Positions 56,446 to 64,000 of a stretch of DNA of 64,000 nucleotides are shown here, piece after piece. How positions within the stretch are numbered: position 1 is the stretch's first letter; every line of letters begins with the position of its first letter. The DNA comes from Desulfobacterales bacterium. Lineage in GTDB: Bacteria > Desulfobacterota > Desulfobacteria > Desulfobacterales > SURF-7. A model generated the notes under the pieces. It saw only the letters and a program-made list of their open reading frames with translations, did no database searches and was not told the DNA's origin. Location: positions 2,735 through 66,734 of the forward strand of contig JABHLN010000005.1 in the NCBI GenBank assembly GCA_018693105.1, given 5' to 3'. Position numbers and translations under genes: made by a program.

Positions 56446-56631
56446 TTAACAATCCCTAATACTCTCAAACAGCGCAAATCTTAACCGATAGTCATCCATT
56501 CCGCTCTTTGTAAAGCTTTTAATAAAAAACGGCCCGACCTTTGAATTATTTAATAGGTTAAAATCGGACATAGGGGTATCCAAAACAACAAATGGGGAAT
56601 CAATGATGAAAAACCACAAGGGTTTGCCCAT
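56446..56631 (-). CDS. Hypothetical small protein (61 aa)
   Basis: ORF 23 nt downstream of epmA on the same strand. No recognisable motifs. Confidence 0.25.
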   Translation of the reverse strand: MGKPLWFFIIDSPFVVLDTPMSDFNLLNNSKVGPFFIKSFTKSGMDDYRLRFALFESIRDC

Positions 56632-56654
56632 ACAATGGAATCCAAAACGGACTG

Positions 56655-57563
56655 TTATAAATCTTCAGGAGGAAACCCGATAACATCATCAATATTAAGA
56701 GTATCGGCAAATATCATTAAAAGTCTGTCAATACCCATGGCAATACCTGCGGATTCGGGTAGGTATTTTAGTGATTCAAGGAATTTTTCCGGTATGTTAG
56801 AATCCCGGTTTTTCAACACCTCCTCAAACCTTTTTTTCTGTTCATAAGGATCGGTCAGTTCGGAAAAGGCATTACATAACTCAATCCCGCCGATATAGAG
56901 TTCAAATCTTTCAGCAATAGAAATATCATCTGCTTTCAGTCTTGCAAGAGCGCCTTTTGAAGAAGGATAATTATAAAGAAAAAGCGGTTTGTTTTTTCCA
57001 AGTTGCGGTTCTATGTCTATTCCCATTATTTCATCAAAGCGCCCTTGGGAAATGGCTTTTTTCATAGATACCTGAGAGTATTTTTTAAAGGCTTCAGAAA
57101 CGGTTAGTCGTTCCCAGTGGCATAATAGGTCTATAGAGTTGCCCTGAAAAACAATCTTACCCCCGAAACCGGTTTTATTAGAAATATTTTTGATAAGTGT
57201 TTCGCATTGATGCATCATTTCAATATAATCCATCCCTGCACAATACCATTCAAGGATTGTAAATTCCGGTATATGTTTTTTGCCCCTTTCATTTGCCCTG
57301 AAGCATTTGCATATTTGAAATATTCGCGGGTAACCTGCTGCAAGCAACTGTTTCATGCAAATTTCAGGTGAGGTGTTCAGATACCAGTCTTCAGAAGAGA
57401 TGGCATCAATATTTGCTTCCGGGATTAGAGTAGGAATTCTTACTGGAGTTTCAACTTCAAGGTAGTCGTTATTGATAAAAAAGTTGCGTGTTGCCTGAAT
57501 AATACGTGCCCTAAGCAGGAGGTTTTTCTTTTTTTCAGCGAGTCTGTAGTTTTTCAATGGCAA
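56655..57563 (-). CDS. epmA: Elongation factor P--(R)-beta-lysine ligase (truncated class II LysRS paralog)
   Basis: Class II core without an anticodon domain: FFINNDYLEVETP, RIFQICKCFRANERGKKHIPEFTILEW, GIAMGIDRL. 302 aa. Confidence 0.85.
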   Translation of the reverse strand: MPLKNYRLAEKKKNLLLRARIIQATRNFFINNDYLEVETPVRIPTLIPEANIDAISSEDWYLNTSPEICMKQLLAAGYPRIFQICKCFRANERGKKHIPEFTILEWYCAGMDYIEMMHQCETLIKNISNKTGFGGKIVFQGNSIDLLCHWERLTVSEAFKKYSQVSMKKAISQGRFDEIMGIDIEPQLGKNKPLFLYNYPSSKGALARLKADDISIAERFELYIGGIELCNAFSELTDPYEQKKRFEEVLKNRDSNIPEKFLESLKYLPESAGIAMGIDRLLMIFADTLNIDDVIGFPPEDL

Positions 57564-57584
57564 GCTATTATTAACCAGTTGTTT

Positions 57585-58898
57585 TTAATTTCTTTTCAGG
57601 TAAATGTCTTCAGTTCGGTCCTGGAGATAGATACCGTGATAATCTTTAGATTCTGCACCTTCATACCAGTCATATCCTTTTTGTTTGCATTCGTTACATC
57701 CTTTTATCGGTATATGTACTGCCAGTATATGAGATCCGGTGCTTGCAGATGAGTCAATTCGTAGTGTTCCGCCGCAGTCAGGACAAATACGGATTGTCTC
57801 GTTCTGAATTTCCTTTATACCATCTGTATCATAAAAAATATTACGATTACGTTCATCAAATTCAAGTTTGTTCATTGCCTGTTCTCTGGCGCTTGACCTT
57901 TGGTGCCAAGAGTTTAAAACATTTTCACCTGTGTTTTCGATCTGTTGGGAAACACTGTCTGACTGTCGTATATTTTCCGGGTTGTAATCAGGCTCGACAA
58001 CCTTGCTGTAATCTATTCCGGCCATGGCGAGAATTATACCTACGTTCACATATGGTAAAGCACCTTCGATGGAATACCCGCCTTCAAGCACGGCAATATC
58101 AGGTTTTAAAAGAGTAGTCAGGTCGGCATACCCTTGAGCGGAAAAATTCATATTGGTAATCGGGTCTGTATAGTGGTTGTCCTGACCAGCAGAGTTTATA
58201 ATGATATCCGGTTTAAAATCTTCAAGAATCGGAAGAACAACATTTTTTATTGTATATAAATAACCTTCATCCGAAGTGTTTGGAGGCAGGGGGATGTTTA
58301 CAGTAGTTCCGATAGCTGTAGGCCCTCCAAGTTCATTTGTAAATCCTGACCCAGGGTATAGAGTTCGCCCGTCTTGATGAACAGAGATAAAAAGTGTTTC
58401 AGGGTCGTGCCAGTAAATATCCTGGGTTCCATCTCCGTGGTGGCAATCGGTATCAACAATGGCAACTTTTCCTATGTTATATTCTGAGCGGAGATATTCG
58501 ATCATAATTGCTTCTATGTTGATATTGCAGAAGCCTCTACCTCCATGTACCACCCTCATGGCGTGATGACCGGGGGGACGTACAAGTGCAAAACCTTTCT
58601 CGATTGATTTGTCGAGAACCGCTTTCCCGATAGTTTTTGCCCCGCCGGCACTTATAAAATGTGATTCTGTTGTTACACTCAAGACATCAGGGATACAGAA
58701 GTGTACACGCTGAATGTCTTCAATTGTGGCAAGATCAGGTTTGAACTCATTTATTCCTTCAATATCAAAAAGACCTTCTTCAAAAACCTGATCACGTGTA
58801 TATAGAAGGCGCTCCTCTCTTTCAGGATGAGTAGGATCTATTGCCCAGTCAAAGGCCGGGAAAAAAACGAGACCGGTTTTATGTTTTGCTTGAAGCAT
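57585..58898 (-). CDS. Histone deacetylase-family (acetyl-lysine/acetylpolyamine-type) amidohydrolase with C-terminal zinc ribbon
   Basis: RPPGHHA, DTDCHHGDGTQ and GGY motifs. C-terminal CPDCGG...CNECK. Confidence 0.85.
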   Translation of the reverse strand: MLQAKHKTGLVFFPAFDWAIDPTHPEREERLLYTRDQVFEEGLFDIEGINEFKPDLATIEDIQRVHFCIPDVLSVTTESHFISAGGAKTIGKAVLDKSIEKGFALVRPPGHHAMRVVHGGRGFCNINIEAIMIEYLRSEYNIGKVAIVDTDCHHGDGTQDIYWHDPETLFISVHQDGRTLYPGSGFTNELGGPTAIGTTVNIPLPPNTSDEGYLYTIKNVVLPILEDFKPDIIINSAGQDNHYTDPITNMNFSAQGYADLTTLLKPDIAVLEGGYSIEGALPYVNVGIILAMAGIDYSKVVEPDYNPENIRQSDSVSQQIENTGENVLNSWHQRSSAREQAMNKLEFDERNRNIFYDTDGIKEIQNETIRICPDCGGTLRIDSSASTGSHILAVHIPIKGCNECKQKGYDWYEGAESKDYHGIYLQDRTEDIYLKRN

Positions 58899-58912
58899 CT
58901 ATGTCTCCGGGT

Positions 58913-60589
58913 TTAAAGATTTTTTACAATTTGTTTGTATCCGTTAATAAGACCTGGTTTTATCTGGGCTTTTACCCTGATATTTTTTCCTACGGTGTGA
59001 AAACCCCTTACCATGTTAAATTGAAGGTCTTCCAGAAGCTCCATTTCAAGGTCTTCCTTACCTGCACCTCTTCGAAGTGCTTTTTCCTTAAGTAGTTGAA
59101 ATGCCATTTCGACTGCATCGTCTCTTGAAAAGGACTTTCCGACTTTTTTCTCAAAATCCTCTTCAGGAGCACCTGCAACTCCTATTTGTGTATCTGAAAA
59201 AAGAGTAACTTCACATGTTGTTCTTGCAAGTGCCGCGCCTATAGCGTTTGCCACTTTGTGTCTGGGAACTGTTATGGTCTTATATTTTGATGTTTTTTCA
59301 ATATGTTTTGCAAAGTATGGTGCAGGTCCACCGAGAACCATTATCTTCTCAGGTGAAACGTGGTACTCCTCATGCATTTCATGAACAGTATATAAAGGTT
59401 TGCTGTTAATATGGTTTATCATATCCTGCATTTTTGAAAGGATTTCTTCGCAACAATAATCTAGAATCATAGATGAGGTTTCTTCAATAGATTTTCCCAG
59501 GTTTTTTGCAATGGATGAAATACCTTCAATTGCTTTTTCTCTATTGCCGCTTTCAATCATTTTCTTAACAAACAATGCATCTGTTGGGGTTGGTAAAGAT
59601 CCTCCGTATGCCATAGCCGGCCCGGAACGTTCCGGACCTATTATTAGTTTTCCTTCATGTACTTTTATTATGCTATCTCCGCCGATTCCAATGGAAACGG
59701 TTTTAAGAGAACGAACTAGTGTTTTGTATTCTCCAATCTGAATTCCTTGAGGCTCCAGAATCGGAACCCCTTTTATAAGAACAGCAATATCTGTTGTTGT
59801 GCCGCCAATATCCAGAACAACAACATCTTCATCAACAGGAGCGAAAGGGGTTGTCCCCATAATACTGGCTGCCGGCCCTGAAAGTATCGTCTGGCAGGGC
59901 GAACGGAAAGAAGAGTCAATGCTCATCGTTCCTCCGTCGGCCTTTAATATGTGGATAGGTATGCCCAGCCCTTTTTTATCAAGGGATTTTTTTACGGATC
60001 TGAAAAACTTTTTATGAACAGGATATATACAGGCATTAAGAAATGTTGTTGCAATTCTGCGTGGAAAGTTCAAATTACCGGATATCCAGTGTCCCAGAAA
60101 GATATTTTTAAATGTTTTCCGAAGGATTTCTCTTACTTGAATTTCATGACTGGGGTTACGAGATGAAAATTTGCCTATAACCCCAACGTGCCTGATATCT
60201 TCGGACTTTAATTTTGCAGCTATTTTTATTACTTCTTTTTCATCAACAGGTTGAATTTCACGGCCTCTGTGATCAATACAACCTGAAATAACATAATAAT
60301 GTTCATTTGTTTTATAAAGTTCGGGATCAATTCCAGGGCCGCCCATTACTATCATGCCTAGCTTTGGAATATTACCCTGGACAATTGAATTAGTCGTAAC
60401 AGTTGTGCTCAGAACAATACGCTTTAAGGCTTTTGGTTTTATGCCTTTAGTGATTTCTTTGAGTCCTGATAAGATTCCGTTAAAAAGGTCAGAGGAATTT
60501 GTAGGGACCTTGATTTCTCTCATAACCCCTTTTTTTTCCAGAAGGACAATATCAATATGCGTGCCGCCTACATCCAGTCCTATTATCAT
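58913..60589 (-). CDS. Hydantoinase/oxoprolinase-family (ASKHA-fold) protein
   Basis: IIGLDVGGTHIDIV and VLDIGGTTTDIAV phosphate-binding motifs. 558 aa. Confidence 0.8.
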   Translation of the reverse strand: MIIGLDVGGTHIDIVLLEKKGVMREIKVPTNSSDLFNGILSGLKEITKGIKPKALKRIVLSTTVTTNSIVQGNIPKLGMIVMGGPGIDPELYKTNEHYYVISGCIDHRGREIQPVDEKEVIKIAAKLKSEDIRHVGVIGKFSSRNPSHEIQVREILRKTFKNIFLGHWISGNLNFPRRIATTFLNACIYPVHKKFFRSVKKSLDKKGLGIPIHILKADGGTMSIDSSFRSPCQTILSGPAASIMGTTPFAPVDEDVVVLDIGGTTTDIAVLIKGVPILEPQGIQIGEYKTLVRSLKTVSIGIGGDSIIKVHEGKLIIGPERSGPAMAYGGSLPTPTDALFVKKMIESGNREKAIEGISSIAKNLGKSIEETSSMILDYCCEEILSKMQDMINHINSKPLYTVHEMHEEYHVSPEKIMVLGGPAPYFAKHIEKTSKYKTITVPRHKVANAIGAALARTTCEVTLFSDTQIGVAGAPEEDFEKKVGKSFSRDDAVEMAFQLLKEKALRRGAGKEDLEMELLEDLQFNMVRGFHTVGKNIRVKAQIKPGLINGYKQIVKNL

Positions 60590-60609
60590 TGCAATATCCT
60601 AAAGTTTAC

Positions 60610-60753
60610 GAGACTTTTGCATAACGCCTCTTTTTGTCCAATTTATTTTTCAGGCGCAAATTATAATCATTGAAATACTCAATGTATTCATAGTTTTAAA
60701 CTTTCGCCTTCTTTGAACTTGAACCAGAAATTAACGCCCCTCAAAATTCTCTT
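60610..60753. repeat. Family-C palindromic repeat
   Basis: Shares CTTTTTGTCCAATTT, GAAATACTCAATGTATTC and CTTTGAACTTGAAC blocks with 30816..30959. Confidence 0.6.
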
Positions 60754-60798
60754 TTTTATTTCAATGGCTGATTAACTCCAGGGAGTTTAAACCGGTGG

Positions 60799-61635
60799 CT
60801 AATTAAACATTTCCGGAAAAATATTCCCTTCTGCAACCTTTGTTACAGGTCCAGACATGAATATGGAAAGATTTTCGGCAACTTTTATTTGAAGGCTGCC
60901 GCCAGGCATATGTACTGTAATATGTGAATCGCAAAGTCCCAGCCGGTATGCAACCGCTGCTGCTGCGCTACTGCTGCTGCCTGATGCAAGCGTGTATCCT
61001 GCACCGCGTTCCCAGATTTCTATTTGTATGTTTGATCGGTCCAGAATTTTCATGAACTGAACATTTACCCTATTAGGGAACCGTGAGTCATTTTCCACAA
61101 CCGGGCCCCACTTTTTTGCTTCAACTTCAGAAATTTCGTCTCGAAGGAATACGCAATGCGGGTTGCCGATTGTTGCTGCACAGAAAACAAGATCTTCTCC
61201 ACCAATAGTTATTATTTCATTTATTACTTCTCTGGAGGGGCCATTGACAGGTATAACTTTGCTTTCAAAGCTCACCATTCCCATATCAACTGAAACATTT
61301 TTCCCTTTACTGGTGACTCGGGATTTAACGATACCACCCTTTGTTACTATATTAAACGGCTCTTCAGTTACCATTCCCATATCCCAGAGGTATCTTGAAA
61401 AGATTCTTAAACCGTTTCCGCTTTTTTCAGCCTCACTGCCGTCAGGGTTAAAAATCTGTAGGGAGAAATCACCTTCAGGAGTACTAAAAGGTCCGAAAAG
61501 GATGCCATCTGAACCTATGCCGAAATTCCTGTGGCATATTAAGCTGATACTGGATTCGGAAAGCTGGCTTCCTATATCATCAGGGTTCAAAACGATATAA
61601 TCATTTCCAAGTCCATGGTATTTATAAAAACGCAT
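60799..61635 (-). CDS. dapF: Diaminopimelate epimerase
   Basis: MRFYKYHGLGNDYIV N-terminus and catalytic Cys contexts (SGNGLRIF, IGNPHCVF, GAGYTLASGSS). I chose the ATG at 61635; the track's 40-aa N-extension is unlikely. Confidence 0.9.
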   Translation of the reverse strand: MRFYKYHGLGNDYIVLNPDDIGSQLSESSISLICHRNFGIGSDGILFGPFSTPEGDFSLQIFNPDGSEAEKSGNGLRIFSRYLWDMGMVTEEPFNIVTKGGIVKSRVTSKGKNVSVDMGMVSFESKVIPVNGPSREVINEIITIGGEDLVFCAATIGNPHCVFLRDEISEVEAKKWGPVVENDSRFPNRVNVQFMKILDRSNIQIEIWERGAGYTLASGSSSSAAAAVAYRLGLCDSHITVHMPGGSLQIKVAENLSIFMSGPVTKVAEGNIFPEMFN

Positions 61636-61975
61636 GTTTTCAAAGGTCTCCCTTATATAACAAGCCGAGTGTATTATTCTAAAAATAAGAAAAATAAATG
61701 CCAGAAAGTCATTGATTTTTATCGAATCAATTAAAAAGATATAATGAATTTTCAAACAAAACGCAACAGTTGAGAAAAGTGCCGCAGGTTGAATATATAT
61801 CGTGTGTTATAGAAACCTTCATAACCAACAGTAGGGTTGCACCCATTGCTGGTCGTTTGTTATATTGGGTGCGAAATTGTAATTTCAATTGTTTACTATA
61901 AATGGTTGGAATTACCATGCATTTTCAGGTTATTGATATGTTTTTTAAGGTTGGTCCTTTATGACAATGTCTGGA

Positions 61976-62707
61976 TTAGTTCCCTTTTTTAGGTATGATC
62001 AGGGTTTTTATCCATTCTAAAAGGGTATTGTTTTTAAGCATATCCCTGTCTATCATGTCGATTTCTTTGGACAGTGCTTTGGGGTCGGCATACCAGTGAG
62101 ACCGTGTGGTGAATTCTTTTTCCTCGTCAAGTTTTTTTACAACTACTGCAGGGTTCCCCACGGCAATAGAGTTTGGCGGGATGTCGTTTACAACCACTGA
62201 ACCTGCACCAATGATACTGTTTTTACTGATCGTTACTCCCTTACAAATAATGGAGCTATCACCAACCCATACATTTTCTTCGAGCGTAACTTTACCTGTA
62301 TTTCCTATAGGAACCACGCGGTTATATATACCGTGCCAGTCGGAATCGGTAATATAGGTCCCGTTTGCAATCATACAGTTATCACCAACAACTATTTCTT
62401 CAGCGGAACTAATACGTACACCAGGGCATAGAAGACAGCAGTTGCCGATTTTTATTGCCCCCTTTTCATCACTGTCCGACCATATGGTAAGTCTTATTTT
62501 TTTATCGGAGGTGGCAATTACATTTGCATGGTCTCCTAATAAGATCGGTGATCCGAATATTTCAACATTCCAGGGTTTAATAAAAGTAAATCCCGTGCCA
62601 AGGGATTCAAACTGAGGCTCAAGGAAGTGCTTTACGTAGAATTCCTGGAAATCCAGATATAGCTTTTTAACAAAATAAGGGCGATGATCTTTTTTCAAAA
62701 AAAACAC
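61976..62707 (-). CDS. Hexapeptide-repeat (left-handed beta-helix) acetyltransferase
   Basis: Repeated [LIV]-G-x4 units (IGNCCLLCPGVRI, VGDNCMIANGTYI, VWVGDSSIICKGVTI, IIGAGSVV). Confidence 0.8.
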   Translation of the reverse strand: MFFLKKDHRPYFVKKLYLDFQEFYVKHFLEPQFESLGTGFTFIKPWNVEIFGSPILLGDHANVIATSDKKIRLTIWSDSDEKGAIKIGNCCLLCPGVRISSAEEIVVGDNCMIANGTYITDSDWHGIYNRVVPIGNTGKVTLEENVWVGDSSIICKGVTISKNSIIGAGSVVVNDIPPNSIAVGNPAVVVKKLDEEKEFTTRSHWYADPKALSKEIDMIDRDMLKNNTLLEWIKTLIIPKKGN

Positions 62708-62725
62708 CTTTTGTGTAAGATTCTT

Positions 62726-63772
62726 TTATAAAAGATGAGATATTTGCGACTCTTTCCAGAACTTATGGGTGAACATTTGACTTGCCGGTGTAAGATTATA
62801 AAGAGCATCAGCAGCCATTATGGTAACAGCATTTGTCCAGGTAATCTTTTCTTCAGGCCAGACGATCATATTCGGGAATGTGAATCCGCACCAATATGTT
62901 CCGTCTTCAAAACGTTTGTCATGAATCCAGCCGAAAACAATTTCTGCAAGCCTGTTATTACCAACTGCTGAAAGAGCAAGTACGAGTTCTGAAGTTTCTG
63001 CAATAGTTACCCACGGTTCATCGGATACACACCTTACTCCCAGGCCCTCCACGATGAATTTTTTCCAGTACTTGTCTATTCTATTCTGGGCTTCCCGGCC
63101 GGTTAGAGCACCTGAAAGAATAGGGTAGAACCAGTACATAGAGTATCTTGATTTTGTGACATTGAAGGCATGTCTTCGATTTCTTATTGCATTTCCAAGT
63201 TTGCGGATCGATTTTTCCCATTCCGGCATATTGTGGTCGAGCAGCTTTGAGATAGAAAGTGAGCACTTCAAACTCATAAAAATTGAGCAAGAGCCTGTTA
63301 ACAGCGACATGTGGTCAATTTCTCCTTCAGGGCTTTTTGCCCAGAAGATTTCTCCGTTATTGGACTGGAGGCTCAAGGCAAAATTTATACCCGACTTTAC
63401 TATAGGCCACATACGCTTAAGAAAATTTATGTCACCTGTGATCAAGTAATAATGATATACACCAACAGCAATATATGAAGACATATTTGTATCAAGAGTT
63501 TTATCCTCCGGTTTTCCATTGTTGTAAGAAGCATACCAGCTGCCGTTTGAGTTTTGATTATCGGCCATCCACTTAAATGCTTTAAGAGCCTCCTTATAAT
63601 ATCCCCCTATGCTAAGGCCCATAATTGCCTCCACAAGATCCCAGGGGTCTGTTTTATCACCATCGCTCCAGGGTATCTCACCACTTTCCAATTGAGTTTT
63701 TGCAATCATGGAAGTAACAGAGTTTATATCCAGAGCCAAAGCCGGTTTGTTCCCAAGAGTTTTTAGTGCCAT
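62726..63772 (-). CDS. Hypothetical protein, possibly (alpha/alpha)6-toroid fold (prenyltransferase/glycoside-hydrolase-like repeats)
   Basis: Repeated W/Y-rich helical hairpins (QLESGEIPWSDGDKTDPWD, NQNSNGSWYASY, LQSNNGEIFWAKS). The fold assignment is a guess from these patterns. Start chosen at ATG 63772. Confidence 0.45.
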   Translation of the reverse strand: MALKTLGNKPALALDINSVTSMIAKTQLESGEIPWSDGDKTDPWDLVEAIMGLSIGGYYKEALKAFKWMADNQNSNGSWYASYNNGKPEDKTLDTNMSSYIAVGVYHYYLITGDINFLKRMWPIVKSGINFALSLQSNNGEIFWAKSPEGEIDHMSLLTGSCSIFMSLKCSLSISKLLDHNMPEWEKSIRKLGNAIRNRRHAFNVTKSRYSMYWFYPILSGALTGREAQNRIDKYWKKFIVEGLGVRCVSDEPWVTIAETSELVLALSAVGNNRLAEIVFGWIHDKRFEDGTYWCGFTFPNMIVWPEEKITWTNAVTIMAADALYNLTPASQMFTHKFWKESQISHLL

Positions 63773-63904
63773 GATAATTCCCGCAAAATATATAATATTG
63801 AAATTAGGAGCTTTTATCAAAATTATGTAATCAAATCAAGAAAATATTGCTATAATGTTTAAATCACTATATTAAACTTGAACTTATGCCATCAAGTTGA
63901 CTTT

Positions 63905-64000
63905 TATGAACTCGTATAAGTATATGCGATGGTTAAGTATAAATAATTGTTTGTGAGGTCCTTAGTGGTTGAATGTATAAGGTAAGGGTTCTTCATAATT
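63905..64000. repeat. Family-A repeat, reverse orientation, running off the window end
   Basis: TATGAACTCGTATAAGTATATGCGATGGTTAAGTATAAAT matches the reverse complement of the A right arm (TGATGAACTCGTAAAAAGTATAACCGATGGCTAAGTAAAAT). Confidence 0.5.

Noticed and set aside
61636-61755. 40-aa N-terminal extension of dapF in the ORF track.
   Set aside because: The extension is hydrophobic and AT-rich, unlike DapF. The internal MRFYKYHGLGNDY matches the conserved DapF N-terminus and has a GGAG 10 nt upstream.
1-64000. Search for rRNA, tRNA, tmRNA, RNase P, SRP RNA, riboswitch cores, transposase, integrase, reverse transcriptase, toxin-antitoxin or phage genes.
   Set aside because: None was recognised by eye on either strand. 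This is a limited negative: Infernal/Rfam, tRNAscan and HMM searches are needed to confirm it.

Overview
This 64-kb chromosomal window reads like a sulfate-reducing Desulfobacterales-type deltaproteobacterium. That placement is inferred from gene content only. All product calls come from motifs read by eye in the supplied translations, because no searches were possible. Most of the window is housekeeping: mutL, gatC-gatA, argS, serS-thrC, rsmD-coaD, pcm, coaE, fabD, epmA and dapF. It also holds envelope proteins (two paralogous porin-like barrels, a vWA/TSP3/OmpA lipoprotein, a SYLF lipoprotein) and a DUF4390/NtrY/NtrX-like signalling operon. Four things stand out. (1) A seven-gene same-strand cluster (14070..24442) joins a four-subunit 2-oxoacid:ferredoxin oxidoreductase by a 4-nt ATGA overlap to a giant HdrL-like flavoprotein, followed by an MvhD-HdrC-HdrB fusion and HdrA. 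(2) HdrA is split in the ORF track only by an in-frame TGA at a conserved Cys position, with a GGUC-looped hairpin downstream, so it is most likely a selenoprotein. (3) At least four families of 60-300-bp palindromic MITE-like repeats fill many intergenic spacers. One is nested inside another, and several supply the stop codons of flanking genes. No transposase or integrase gene is visible. (4) A ~280-bp duplication of the promoter and 5' end of an acyl-CoA synthetase gene brackets a 158-aa ORF of unknown function. I found no rRNA, tRNA or CRISPR array. Repeat boundaries are by-eye estimates (about +/-10 nt).
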